A stretch of DNA of 64,000 nt from Octopus sinensis (taxonomy: Eukaryota): assembly GCF_006345805.1 (NCBI RefSeq), contig NC_043004.1:91946001-92010000 (forward strand), given 5' to 3'. The position numbers and the translations under genes are program-made. This document shows positions 46,199 through 60,068 of the stretch, piece after piece. Every line of letters starts with the position of its first letter. The stretch's first letter is position 1. Under the pieces are notes generated by a model. It saw nothing but the letters and a program-made list of their open reading frames with translations, did no database searches and had not been told where the DNA came from.

Positions 46199-46330
46199 TA
46201 AAAATTTTAAAATTATGTTATTTTAAGGAAAGGAAAAAAATTTTTCCAATATTCTCCAGACATTTTGACACAAATATATATATTTTTTAACATTTAAGCC
46301 TTCTGTCGTTTTTTCACACTTTACTATTTT

Positions 46331-46367
<37 letters not shown>

Positions 46368-47400
46368 CATACATACATATATATGTATATATATATGCAT
46401 ACATACATACATACATACATACATACATACAAACATAATACATATATATATATGAGTATACATACATATATACATACAGATACACTTACATACACATACA
46501 GAAACCTATATATATTTATGTATATATGTCTTATTCATCATACCCCTTTTGTTGTATAATTACAATCGCACAGGTATTGATTTTTCATGACACAAGTTTA
46601 AGCTTAACTCTTGGGCAGTTGAAAGTATATATTTAGCTTCTCAATAAAAGTGCTGATAAAGATACCTGAAGTTAATATATCTAAATTATTTTAAAGATGT
46701 TTATTGCATTTAGGTGATTAGCAGGGAATTACAGAATACATTTGAACATTAATATTAGGACATATTCTCTCAATCTTTCAATCTATCAGTGTTGCTGATC
46801 CATTTATAACGAATTTGTTTTTCAATACCACATCAAACTAGTTGTTGATGTCTAGTAACGACCCAGCCTTAATCGAAAAGTCTTATGAAATGCGTTCTAG
46901 CTGTGACAATTCTGTCTGTTTACAGCAATATAAGACGATATTAACTGTTACATCTCATTTGAAATTGCTGTGTGTGATTTGTTGGCTATTTGGTTGTTGT
47001 TCATAGCAGACTGAGCAGGTACATAAAGGCGCTCCTCGTCGACTTGTTAGTACTCTAGCGCTTAAGTATCGTGCAGTTTCTAAGTATCCATAATATCGGA
47101 CGATCATTCATTTCCACCGCACGTTTATAAACAATTGAAGGACCCTAAGTCGCTGGAAATAGTTAAGACTCATTATCTTTCATCTCTTCCAGCTAACAGA
47201 CATCCTCAACAATGTAAAGTTTTCCCCATGAAAACTTGCCTTTTCCTTAGGTCTTGAACATACTTAAAGGCCTTAATCCTTAAAATCCTTTAAAATGTTT
47301 TAGCCCGAAGGCCGCGGCTATGCTGGGGCACCACCATGGCCTGTGGACATTTAAAGCGAAACTCATAACCATTTTACATATGATATATATGAATACATAA

Positions 47401-47610
47401 GGTGGCCAGTTGGCAGAATCGTTAACTGACCGGGTAAAATACTTAGTGGCACTCCACCCGTCTTAACGTACTGAGTTCAGATTCCACCGAGGCCGATCTT
47501 GCTTTTCACACTTCGGGTCCGATAAAATAAGTACCAGTTGAACACCTGTGTCGATGTAATCGACTTACACCTCACCTAAAATTACCGGCGTTGTACCAAA
47601 ATTTGAAACC
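47401..47610 (+). mobile_element. SINE family D, diverged
   Basis: ggtggccagttggcagaatcg head and gataaaataagtaccag core. Confidence 0.75.
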
Positions 47611-47652
47611 AATATATATATATATGCATACACACTTGCTTGGATTTACATA

Positions 47653-47693
<41 letters not shown>

Positions 47694-48164
47694 TATATGC
47701 GTGTGTCTGTGTAAATGCATGCAGTACTAGCGTATAGATACAAACATACAAGCAAGCAATCACGCATATATATATAGAGAGAGAGTAGAAATATGTTACG
47801 AAAAGAAAATATAAAATACACGTGGAAATGTAAGGGTAAAATATGAAAAATCAACGAAAATGCATATTGCAAATAGAAAAAGGCTATTTATGACAGGTAG
47901 TGACAAATATATACATTTAGATTGACTGAGGTAGTAATACGAGTCATAAAAGTCATTATTATGAGATGATTATAAGATGATAATAAAGTAAGAGAATAAA
48001 ACGAACCAATGGCTTACGCGAAGGCTATATATATATATATGTATGTGTTTGTAGGTACATGTATTTCGATAAATTCAGCTACAAGCAGATATACGTACAT
48101 GTATGTGTGTATGTGTGTCTGTAAATGTATGTCTATTTATATAAATGCATATACATACGTACAC

Positions 48165-48236
<72 letters not shown>

Positions 48237-48788
48237 ATGTGTACCTGCACTCAGACACGAAACAGAAACAGCCATACCAATTCTTCCCCGTTCACACACA
48301 TGCATATGAATATATATGAATATATAACGAAAGGTAAGACAGAGACAGGATACAGGAAGAGAGAGGTGAGTAGAAAGAAAAGAAAAACGAAAATGTCTAA
48401 ATGATTGGTTAATGTTCGTATTATGATAGATTGTATTGGTTATCTCTGCATCCTCTTGACAAGGAAGTTCCGTTTCCAGAGAAATGCTACTAAATTCTAA
48501 CTTTTGCGTTAGACTTTGTTCTGTGTAGAACATATTTGCATGATGCCAGAGACTGCACTGTTTGGCAAATTGCCTGGAAGTGATCTAAGGAAATTGATTT
48601 GATGGAATGTTGGAGTTTGGTGGGGGTGGGGGCGAAAAAAAATCATTGAAATAAACAGAGTTTGACAAGAATGAATGAGACAGGCTGTCACCAGGAGTGT
48701 AAATTATACATTTCACTCTCCCCCTTTTTCTACCCCTTCTTCTCCCTCCCCTTCTCTCCATCTCTCTCTCTCTCTCTCTCTCGCTATG

Positions 48789-48825
<37 letters not shown>

Positions 48826-49146
48826 ACATATATATATATATTCTGACTCTCCACTCTTTTCTCTCTTTCTCTAACTTACACTCTGTCTTTCAATGATGAA
48901 AATACAAATAAAAAAGAAAAAACAAAAAAACAAAAAGCAAATACATTTATCAGATACAATTATTCTTTCTCAAGTTCCCGCTAAATTTTGACAGCCCGAG
49001 TCCCAGTTATATATTGAGAATCGATTCAATTATCTGTGCTTAGTTACTTATAAAAATGTAGCCATATGTTTGCGATATCATCATCATTATTATTATCATT
49101 CTTCTTCTTCTTCTTCTTCTTCTTCTTATTATTATTATTATTATTA

Positions 49147-49222
<76 letters not shown>

Positions 49223-49524
49223 TATCATTATTAATATATTACGCACTGGGTTCGATGTAATCGACTTGCTCACTCCCCCAAAATTGTTGGCCTTGTGCCA
49301 AAGTTTGAAACTATAATGATAATAATACTTAATATTCAGTGAGAGAGCAGTGCACGCCAGTGGAGTAAAATATAGGAAGCCAATATACCCATTATGACTA
49401 CCCGTCTGATAAGGGTACACCAGACACAGACATCACAACCATATACAGTTCTATATTTAAGGGATGAGGAATTATGTACATTATTTACATTTGGCGGATA
49501 TTTGTCCTCATCTTGTTTGTTGTT

Positions 49525-49570
49525 AACACAACGTTTCGGTTGACATACCCTCCAGCCTTCATCAGGTGTC
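49525..49570 (-). ncRNA. Minimal type I hammerhead motif, canonical CUGAUGA
   Basis: GACAC-CUGAUGA-A-GGCUG[10 nt]CAACC-GAAA-CG-UU-GUGUU. Confidence 0.7.
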
Positions 49571-49618
49571 TTGGGGGAAATTTCGAACCTGGGTCCTCAT
49601 TCCTAAGGTAATTTTCAA

Positions 49619-49654
<36 letters not shown>

Positions 49655-50259
49655 GGTCATGGCTTAGAATCGAACTCGGAATCCATATACCCGTGGGCAA
49701 TTATCGGGTGAATTTTAGGGCTTATAAATCTAATATTCTCCTATCCTTCCTTAATACCGGTTTCCATATGCTACTCATATCTGCACTTGGTCTCCTTGGG
49801 AGGTTCTTGTGTCCTAGCATATATGCTACTTTTAGTTTTCGTATTTTCCAGTGGTGTTCTCTGTCAGTTATTTTAACTTCATCTCACAGAGTAATACAAC
49901 ACCGCAAATATCTCTTTCGTGTAAAACAACCAGTAGAAGAGAATATGACCAAAGACTGCGTGTTCTCCATCCCGTGCAGCTGTGGTAGGTTATACAAAGG
50001 TGAAACATGCCGCCCCCTCTAAATAAGGGCAGACGAACATCGCACAGCTGTGACACGAGGAGATATTGATAAATCGGGTATAGCTGATCATGTATGGAAA
50101 AACAGAGACAAATCCCCCTATGGGACAAAGTTAAATTAATAGACAGAGAACACCACTGGAAAATACGGAAACTAAAAGAAGCAGCACATATGCTAGGACA
50201 CAACAACCTCCTAAGCAGACCGAGTGCAAATATAAGCGGCATATGGGAACCAGTATTAA

Positions 50260-50490
50260 GGCGGCGAGCTGGCAGAAACGTTAGCACGTCGGGCGAAATG
50301 CTTAGCGGTATTTCATCTGTCGCTACGTTCTGAGTTCAAATTCCGCCGAGGTCGACTTTGCCTTTCATCCTTTCGGGGTCGATTAAATAAGTACCAATTA
50401 CGCACTGGGGTCGATATAATCGACTTAATCCGTTTGTCTGTCCTTGTTTGTCCTCTCTGTGTTTAGCCCCTTGTGGGTAGTAAAGAAATA
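50260..50490 (+). mobile_element. SINE family D inserted in the PLE fragment
   Basis: TSD AGTATTAA (50252-50259) / AGTATTGA (50491-50498). Confidence 0.9.
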
Positions 50491-51244
50491 AGTATTGAGG
50501 AAGGATAGGAAAATAGTAGATTTATAAGCCCTAAAATTCACTCCATAATTACCCCACGAACATATGGCGTAGTGGTTAAGAGCGTGGGCTACTAACCCCA
50601 CAATTCTGAGTTCGATTAATAATGATAATAATAACAATGAAGGCTGGTGGGTATGTAAACGTTGTGTTAACAACAAACAAGACAAATATCCATCACAACC
50701 ATATGTGCACGACATTGCAGAATTGTCTTCAGGTCGAGTAGCCCATCCCGCTCAAAAGATCCCTGAATAAGAGTTTAGGATGTTGAATGAAGCACCCATG
50801 TTTCCAGAAGTGAATTATTCAAACCCCAAAGAATTCCTCTCACACATGGCTATGATGCTCCCCAACTACTTCTGCTCGTTATCAGAGATGCACTTATCCT
50901 CAGCCACCAAGAGGCATACTCAACTGGTTAAGGTCAAGCAACTGACAAACAGATCTGAATATTTGCTGTTGCCCATCTCTTATACCAAAACAAAACATGT
51001 ACATGATAATACTTTCAATCAGTTAAGATCAGAAGCCATGAGAGCCAGTGCCTGGTACTGCATCATGTCATATTATTGTTATATTGGCAAAATTGTTAGC
51101 AGACCGGGCAAAATGCTTTGAGGTATTTTGTCCGACTTTGCCTTTCATACTTTCAAGGTCGAAGTACAAGTACACCGGGGTCGATGATCTTCCTGCCTTG
51201 TACCAAAATTTGAAATTACCACCACCAAAACCACCACCACCACC

Positions 51245-51334
<90 letters not shown>

Positions 51335-52339
51335 ACTACTACTACTACTACTGCTTGCTATTGTCGTTTTCGTTGCTACTGCCGTAGCTGTTTTTCACTG
51401 TAAATGAACTCTTTTGTAGAGCTCCATTTAGAAGTAATTTTTCTTCAGAATTACTTGATAGAAAAAAATTTCTTCTAGTGATCTTTTATCAACAAATAAC
51501 TTCGGAATATTTAAGTGTCTATCCATTTGCCTGGCTTGAAAGAGAATGTTCGTCCTTAAACACAATTATAAGTACAACTAGTTACCATGTGAGGTACACA
51601 AAAGAAAATAAGTCGTGAAAATGCAAATCTAATTGACAATAATAAAATTAACATTAATAACATTTGTTAAAGATCTAAAGTTACTATCCAAGAAGTGATA
51701 GTGGGAATTCGAAAACTCCAGACGAAAGTAAAAGCGTAGAAACGGCGTATTACATGAGCGGATGCGTCTCTGTCAGAGGAGGAGGAAAGTGATATATAAT
51801 TTCTTTTCGATGATCGGAGATGGGGTTTCCATATGAAATCTTGGAAGGAGCTCTAGAATGTTAACTCCTTCGACAGAAGTAAGATATATGAAAAGCGTTT
51901 TTCTATTAATTAAGGATGAAAACAAGGAGAGATGACAGAGCTCGTACATGAAAGTCTTACTCATCAGCAACATATTTATTGCGCAAATAGAGAAGAGTTG
52001 AAATGCCGTTTGACAGCAGCAGCGAAAGATGGTTGTTGCTGCTACTGCTATTACAGCACTTTCACAGCACCACATGTTGAAGCTTCGAGGATAACCAAAG
52101 TGGATGTAGACACAAGCGGTGCTGCCTCATTCACAGTACCACCAGCACTTAGTGATCGACGCAATAGGGAACCGAAAAGAGGGGGAAGAGACTCTTCATC
52201 ATGAAGAAAACTGAGAGATTTCAAGAAAAAGTGCCGCTACAAAGTCTTGTGGCAATGTGAAAGAAATGGCGCCTAGAGAAAGATGGGAAAACCTTCGAGA
52301 ATAACAAGAAAAAAAAAGAGTAAAAGAATAGATGATTAC

Positions 52340-52662
52340 TGGCACCCTGTCGGTTACGACGATTAGGGTTTCAAGTTGATCCAATCAACGGAACAGCCTG
52401 CTCGTGAGATTAACGTGCATGTAGCTGAGCATTCCGCAGACACACGTACCCTTACCGTAGTTCTGAAGGAGATTCAGTATGACACAGAGTGAGACAAGGT
52501 TGGTTCTTTGAAATACGGGTACTACTCATTTTTGCCAGCTGAGTGGACCGGAGCAACGTGAAATAAAGTATCTTGCTCAAGGACACAACGTGCAGCCTGG
52601 AATCGAGCTCGCGACCTTAGGATCGTAGGCAAATACCCTCAACCACAAAGCCACGCGCCATC
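52340..52662 (-). mobile_element. SINE with family B head/CORE-like middle and family A tail
   Basis: ttgagcaagatactttatttcacgttgctcc middle as in 54284; tail ...cacgagcaggctgttccgttgat as in 33640. Confidence 0.75.
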
Positions 52663-52907
52663 ATATAAATGAATAAGCTCAGATTAAAAGACTAAGCTCA
52701 TGGAGGAGGCTGATATGATGCTAGAAGCCTTTCATCTGTAGGAAAATATGATTTCAAAGTTGTTTCAAAGCTATTGGTGAATCAAAAGGATGAGGTATAT
52801 GACAGTGTTTGTTGGCAAGACAAGAAACGAATTTACGCAGCTTCAAAAAGTGGTAGATTACTGAATAAAAACTACAAAAGCTATTTATCGATAGCTAAGG
52901 TAACACT

Positions 52908-53219
52908 GTGGAGGCGCAATGGCCCAATAGTTAGGGCAGCGTACTCGCGGTCGGAGGATTGTGGTCTCGATTCCCAGACCGGACGTTGTGTGTGTTTATT
53001 GAGCGAAAACACCTAACAGCTCCACGAGGCTCCTGCAGGGGATGGTGGAGACCCCTGTTGTACTCTTTCACCATAACTTTCTCTCACTCTCTCTTCCTGT
53101 TTCTTGAGTAACGCTGCGATGGACTGGCTTCCCGTCCAGCTGGGGGGAACACATACGCCACAGAAACCGGGAAACCGGGTCCATGAGCGTGGCTAGGCTT
53201 GAAGAGGGCGCAAAGAAAG
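52908..53219 (+). mobile_element. SINE family A head with a third tail type, 11-bp TSD
   Basis: TSD AAGGTAACACT at 52897-52907 and 53220-53230. Confidence 0.85.
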
Positions 53220-54283
53220 AAGGTAACACTACACAGAGGATACAGGAGACTTCACATTTCAGATAAAATCAAAGATTTCATCTAACTAGAGGATATGGAA
53301 AGAATCACGGTTCAAATAAAATCAAAGATTCTCACAGGCAATTTCGGTGAACATAGTTTGTAAAACGTGATCAGAGTTGAAAGTGGGCGAATGTGTGGTT
53401 TGGTTTGATTCTACCTAAGCAGCAACTTCTCACCCTTTTGCGGATGGGTGACAATCTATTTTGTGGATGTCACCATAATTTAAATATCGTTCGCTTTGTT
53501 CAGTATTTTTCTTTATATATACATCCCGTGTCTCGCCTAAGTTGGTGTGCTAGGCGCCTCAGTTGATTTATCTGGTAGTATACAAGATTTGTCTATCTCT
53601 TGATCAATTTACTTTGTACATTTCTATAGGTCTATCGGAATGATTAATCGTTCGCTACGACACTCTATGTCCATCCCACTTATTGGATTTACAAGGGAAT
53701 TCATCCTAATGCAAGTGTATTGCATCTTTTACAAAGGTCTTGATGAGATAGCAGAATCGGGTTACATTTAGTATCGTATAAAATTACATAATCATCCTTC
53801 ATATTAATGCCAGCAAGCTAAATGATTTATCTAACCCATTTGCTACTGAAACGATTACAACCGGATAATAGATGTGATACCAATATCGCCGTTGTTTTAT
53901 CAATTTTGTGTTATATGCTGCGGTAGATGTAAATCGCTTGGATTTTCAGTTTGTATGAAATACTTTGTTTTATTGGAGAGGTTTCCATTTCACACATCCT
54001 GTTAACTATGAGTGGTGAGTGAAATAACCACGTGGATTTCATGGCTGTTATATACCCCTTTTAACACACACACACACATGCACGCACATACGCATATACA
54101 CACACGATGAATTTCTTTCAGCTTTCGTTTGCCAAATCCACTCAGAAGCCTTTGATCGGCCCGAGGTGTAATAGAAGTCATTTGCCCAAAGTGCCACGCA
54201 GTGGGATTGAACCCGGACTCATGCGGTTGCGAAGCAAACTTCTTACTGCACAGCCACGCCTGATGTATATATATATATTATAT

Positions 54284-54615
54284 GGCGCATGGCTCAGTGG
54301 TTAGAGCGTCGAGCTTACGATCGTGAGGTTGTGAGCTCGAATCCCGAACCGGGCTGCGTGTTGTGTTCTTGAGCAAGACACTTTATTTCACGTTGCTCCA
54401 GTTCACTCAGCTGTAGAAATGAGTTGCGACGTCACAGGTGCCAGGCTGTATCGACCTTTGTCTTTCCCTTGGATAACACTGGTGGCGTGGAGGGGAGGCT
54501 GGTATGCATGGGCGACTGCTGGTCTTCCATAAAAAAACCTTGCTCGGACTTGTGTCTAGGAGGGTAACTTTCTAGGTGCAATCCCATGGTCATTCATGAC
54601 CGAAGGGGGTCTTTA
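54284..54615 (+). mobile_element. SINE family B (tRNA head, CORE-like central block)
   Basis: TGGCTCAGTGG A-box, GAGCTCGAATCCC B-box-like; tail shared with 10010-10200. Confidence 0.8.
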
Positions 54616-54617
54616 CA

Positions 54618-54661
<44 letters not shown>

Positions 54662-54665
<4 letters not shown>

Positions 54666-55150
54666 CCCCTTCCAAAACAAAGAAAGAAACATACCATTCA
54701 ATACAGACGCAAAGAGACTAGAGAACCGACTGATAGAACTAATATGTTCTATGTGTGTCGCTCGAAAAACAGAAATACCTCAAAATGCTTCTAAATCTAA
54801 AGTAAAAGAAATTCTGTCCTCTGCCACAACGAAGAAACACTCACACTGATAGTATAACTATAAATGTTCCATTTGTAGTCACCTATCATCCTGGAAACCA
54901 AAATATCCTGCATTCGGCCAACGATACGTCCCAATTCTACATCAGTCTTCAAATCTCTGACATACAATTAAAAAATCATAAGCCATCAAAAGCCGTAGAT
55001 AAGCACAGAATATCAAGAGACTCCTAACAAAGGCGAGATTCACGTTGGAGAAATAAATAATGCAGGTAACGAATTGTGGAGAACATCGTTGTGGGGCGCA
55101 TGAAATAATTGAAAAAGAAACATCAAAAGATTCAAGAATAGAAAGGAATT
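54662..55150 (+). mobile_element. Old degenerate Neptune-type PLE fragment (RT thumb to Zn linker)
   Basis: RNIPFN..AKRL, VPFVVTYHPGNQN, NIKRLLTKARF and NCGEHRCGA parallel the 43.6-46.0 kb protein; multiple stops and frameshifts. Confidence 0.65.
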
Positions 55151-55309
55151 GCAAGTGAATGACAGACAATCTTATTTACTGCATCACGTGCCAACAAGAA
55201 TTAATTTTGGGAAACAGGGATAAAACTAACCTGCCCTGTAAATGTGTATAGACAGCAAATTAGAGATCTATTTCTTAAAAATGTTCCACTTGGAAAAAAT
55301 CTAGACGCT

Positions 55310-55738
55310 TACTCTTTTACTCTTTTACTCTTTTACTTGTTTCAGTCATTTGACTGCGGCCATGCTGGAGCACCGCCTTTAGTCGAGCAAATCGACCCCG
55401 GGATTTATTCTTTGTAAGCCCAGTACTTATTCTATCGGTCTCTTTTGTCGAACAGCTAAGTGACGGGGACGTAAACACACCAGCATCGGTTGTCAAGCAA
55501 TGCTAGGGGGACAAACACACACACACACACACACACACACAACACACACACGCATATATATATATATATATACATATATACGACAGGCTTCTTTCAGTTT
55601 CCGTCTACCAAATCCACTCAAGGCATTTGTCGGCCCGGGGCTATAGCAGAAGACACTTGCCCAAGATGCCAGGCAGTGGGACTGAACCCGGAACCATGTG
55701 GTTGGTTAGCAAGCTACTTACCACACAACCACTCCTGC
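55310..55738 (-). mobile_element. SINE family C, full length
   Basis: Reverse complement of 32645-33052, with (TTTTACTC)n tail. Confidence 0.88.
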
Positions 55739-56383
55739 GCTTACGCTTGTGCAAAAGGAAAATTTAAAATACCCCCCCCCTTTTCAAAATAAAAGATGAA
55801 AATGAAAAACTACGAAGAGCAAAAGAATATTTTATAAGAATTGTAAATGCAAAATTAAACCGGAAATAGTCAACACCATTACAAGAATCAACTTCCTCTA
55901 TACCCATTAGCCCAGAACTCTTTTAATTGAGAAGTTGAGCCGCGGAAGTGCTTACATACAAAATACACACTATGCATAAAATTTCTTCCACAGTGATTGA
56001 TGACATTTTGTTAAATAAAACACTTTTAGCTAGTTGATAACATATAAAAACAATTATACATGTATTTATGTATGTATGTATGTATGTATGTATGTATGTA
56101 TGTATGTATATATAAATATATAAATATAAATATATATATATGTGTGTGTGTGTACGTATGCATGTATGTGTGTATGTCTGTGTTTGTCGCCCCATCACCA
56201 ATTGACAACCGGTGTTAGTATGTTTACGTCCCCCGTAAATTAGCGGTTCGGCAAAAGAACGTATCAATTGAGTACCAGGCATAAAAAATAAGTACTGAGG
56301 TTGATTCATTCGACTGAAAATTCAAGGCGGTACCCCAGCATGGCTGCAGTCTAATGACGAAAAGAGATAAAAAATAAAGATTA

Positions 56384-56430
<47 letters not shown>

Positions 56431-56624
56431 CTGGAATAACAAAGTGAAAGTTCTTAGTACAGTATTATATATATTTGAAAGATGGCTTTTTTGAGGGGAT
56501 AATTTTAATTTTATTCCTAATAATAATCTTAATAAAAATGTAAACATTATTATTAAGATTAAAATAAAAACTATCCCCTTAAAAAGCCATCTCTACTCAT
56601 TCTTTTTATATATATATATATATA

Positions 56625-57222
56625 ACTAGCAGCTAAGCCCGGTTTCATCCGGTCGGTTTGGATGATGTGGCTGTAAAACCTGCTCTGTGTAAGAATTCGA
56701 CTTATTTGGCCACGCTTACGTTAAAAAACAATAACTAATCGTCAACAAAAACAACCAACCAAGATTCAACCAAATCAAAAAATAAACACACATACTAAGC
56801 GAACAAAATGAACCGTTCCACTTCCTTTGCACGCATACACGCACAGAAATACACAAACACACACACGCACACACACACACACACACACATTCACATACCC
56901 CCTTTTACAAACACACACATGTTCACACAGAGTTGAAACGCTGTTTGATTCATTTTTTCAGCGTACAATTCTTATCCTTCCACTATCAAATATGACATCA
57001 CCCCTTCCTTTTTCATTCATAAACACAAGAATATTATTATAGGTAAATATATGATATCTCGGTACGATCCATGGGAATCAATATGAAAACCCAAGCCCAA
57101 AGCACCAGCAACGCGCCCGCATCCTTCTCATATCTGTGTATTTTTTCGCCGTTTCCACGGCCCGTTGCCCGTGAATCCCAAGGCAAGAAGAGATCGCCCA
57201 TCTCAATTTATATGTATAGGTA
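56625..57222 (+). mobile_element. Possible second Helitron-like non-autonomous element
   Basis: Starts ACTAGCAGCTAAGCCCGGTTTCATCCGG, like 34262; the end is only tentatively placed. Confidence 0.35.
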
Positions 57223-57392
57223 CCGTACTAAGATCTTTCTCTTTGTTATTCTACTATATAAATACATACATATATATTTTTCCGTGTTAATTGTTAACAA
57301 GGTAAAAATACACTCATCTTTGTAGCTTATTAAAGATGTCCTCGTACGAAACAATTGTACCGAGATTTAAATCCATTCTTGTTGCTTTTTTT

Positions 57393-57454
<62 letters not shown>

Positions 57455-58498
57455 CTTGTTAAGAATGTAGTAGAGCACAAAATAAATATGAAAAGAAAAT
57501 TGTCAACATTTATATTCATTATATATATATTGTTTCCAGTATAAATTAATACTACTAAACAATATTACCGGTCCCTGACACATTGGGGGGGAAAACTGCT
57601 GGTACATCACTAGTTTGAGAATCACTGTAGTAGAGGACAGTATAAAGCTCGTCCACCTTCAGACATATATGTATGTATATTTATATACATGAGTTTATTA
57701 TGGTAGATTTGACTTTAAGAGTCCCGCCTAGCGTGAGGCATTTATGTACAGTAATGCCTTTAATATAAATAAATATACTTAAAGTGAATAATTAATAAAT
57801 TTTTTTCCCTTATGAGGTTTTTCACGCTAACTACTTCATAAATTCTTATAAAGATTCTATCCGATTTTTAAATTATATATATATATATGTATGTATATAT
57901 GTGTGTGTGTGTATAAATATGTATATATACATATACTTTGATACTTTGATACTTTGATAGGTTTCGGCCATTATTGGCCCAGGCCATGTCTAACTTAATA
58001 GCACCACCTGGTGGTGTATATATAGATATGTGTGTGTTTTTCAATTATATATATGTATATGTATGTATATGCATGCACACACACACACATATATGAACTC
58101 ATGCATGTATTTTAGCAAAACCGTCCGTCTATCAACTATAGAAGCAACAAGTTAAACAATAGTTTTGTCTCATATTCAAAGTTATATACTTCTTTTGAAC
58201 CACTCAACAACAGCATGCATCTTTAATTATTATTAGTCTTATTTTGGCTCCACTCACTTCGCCACAGATCGTTGTAATTAAATAGTCAAGGAAATTACTA
58301 AAATAATTGCTATTTTGGCTTTTTTTCTAATTGTTTTGTTATTGTTTCATTTTTTGGACATTTATTTCACTTTCGTTTTCACGCGTTCATTTTGCTTGCA
58401 TTTTCGTTTTGGCTTGGGTTAACAACCATTTTTTATTTACTGCATATATTCCTCTCCTCCGTAAATATGTGTGCATGCGTGGTGTATATATATATATT

Positions 58499-58553
<55 letters not shown>

Positions 58554-58956
58554 TCTGCATAATGAGTAGACAACCACCATATATATATATATATATATAT
58601 GTATAATATACACACACATTTGTATATACATATATACGTATACGTATTATGTATATATATGCTTATATATATACAGATATATATATACATATACATATAT
58701 ACATATATATATATATATATTATATATATATATATATGTAAACAGATCGAGTATGTCTATTGAGAGGTACGTTTTTTAATATGCTATATTGAAGATACAG
58801 CTGTGTTGGAGTTAATCTATTTTTATCGATGATGTTTCACATCTTCTCTTTAGTCTACTATGTTCGGTCAGAATAATAGAATTCTTAAACCATTAACATT
58901 TTACGAGCGTCTCGTCGGTCTTTTCTTCTAATGTAGCTATTAGTTGTTTTTGTATA

Positions 58957-59000
<44 letters not shown>

Positions 59001-59005
59001 ATGAG

Positions 59006-59037
<32 letters not shown>

Positions 59038-59074
59038 CAGACAGACAGACTGAGACACAGACAGATATATATAT

Positions 59075-59106
<32 letters not shown>

Positions 59107-59627
59107 TAGATTAGTGCTAGCGAACCGAATCTTGGCAAAAATTTTGAACAATCTAAGTGGAACATTTGTATACAGTGATTGCCCAGAAACTCAACCGACA
59201 GTCGCTGCTATGACTTTAATCCTATGGGAAACAAATGGAAAAATAGAATTCAAATATATCATATAAAGAAAATATGGAATATTCAACAGAAATCACATAC
59301 TGTGACATCTACATGTTTCGTTGCCTATATATCTTATCAGCCAGTGTTTAACTGTTTGTTGTTTAGTCACGCAATATGTAGTAGGCATCATGAATAAGTA
59401 GAAGTCAAATCGACTAGGAACAGGTGAATCGACAAAGCGGTAACAGTGTATCATCTTGGAAATAATCCTTTCTGCTAAAGGCACAAAGCCTGAAAAGTTG
59501 GTGGGAGAGGACTAGTCGATTACATGCACCCCACTGTTCCACTGGTACATGATTTATTGACCCTAAAAGGATGAAAGGCATAGTCAACCTCGGCAAAGTC
59601 AACTTGGGCAAAACAGATTAGTGCCCC

Positions 59628-60068
59628 CGTTTCCGATTTTAAATCACTTTTAGTCATACACAGCCATCTCTTTTCTCTGTCTGTTCAACATCCCTATGAA
59701 ATTGACCATGCATTCTTTTCTTTACCTACCTATGTCCAGTTTCATTCGTTTTCAATTTCTTGTATAGTGCTTTATCTTTGGAATCTTTCATCCTACACAA
59801 GCCTGACCTTCTTGCTTCTAATATTAGCGGTTATGAGGCATTATTTACATACCATGCTATGTTGTTTTCTTCTGCTCTAATGCTGTGTTCACATCCAATA
59901 AGTTCTCTTGCCCCTCTTTTTCTTGGAACATACAGTCTGTCTGTGTCACCATATTTTGTGTGGAGCGACCGATATCTAGTTAGCAACTTCCTTGTCTGTC
60001 TATCTAAGCTGCTTAGTTCGTCTACTGTCCATGCGATTATCCCTACTCCATATCTAAGGAATGAAACC
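59628..60068 (-). mobile_element. Internal fragment of the 25625-29095 R4/Dong family
   Basis: Colinear with ~26345-26790. Confidence 0.8.

Larger units (their letters stand above)
43077..46339 (+). mobile_element. Neptune-type Penelope-like retroelement, long copy (still 5'-truncated)
   Basis: RT + C-terminal GIY-YIG; linker CGRSNCATC (Cx4Cx2C, typical of Neptune-type PLEs); 3' UTR hammerhead; ends in (TA)n. Confidence 0.95.
49445..50690. mobile_element. Penelope/Poseidon-type PLE 3' fragment with inverted partial copy
   Basis: Plus-strand GIY-YIG remnant CVFSIPCSCGRLYKGETCRPL*IRADEH...IADHVW...KLKEA (~49890-50250); its 3' end and UTR are repeated inverted at ~49445-49880. Confidence 0.85.
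49330..51062 (-). mobile_element. Family X repeat split by a PLE insertion (pieces 49330-49444 and 50691-51062)
   Basis: Both pieces match 6322-6867; CATCACAACCATAT is duplicated at 49431-49444 and 50691-50704. Confidence 0.75.

Noticed and set aside
51932-52204. 90-aa Cys-containing ORF
   Set aside because: The Cys run comes from a short triplet repeat; no recognisable domain or splice support.
57530-57628. hAT/Charlie-like terminal sequence (minus-strand CAGTGATTCTCAAAC)
   Set aside because: No partner TIR or 8-bp TSD found.
58893-58945. Possible decayed hammerhead (CCGACGA GA cgc UC GUAA) next to (TA)n
   Set aside because: The GAAA box is mutated and stems I and III are unconvincing; too degenerate to call.
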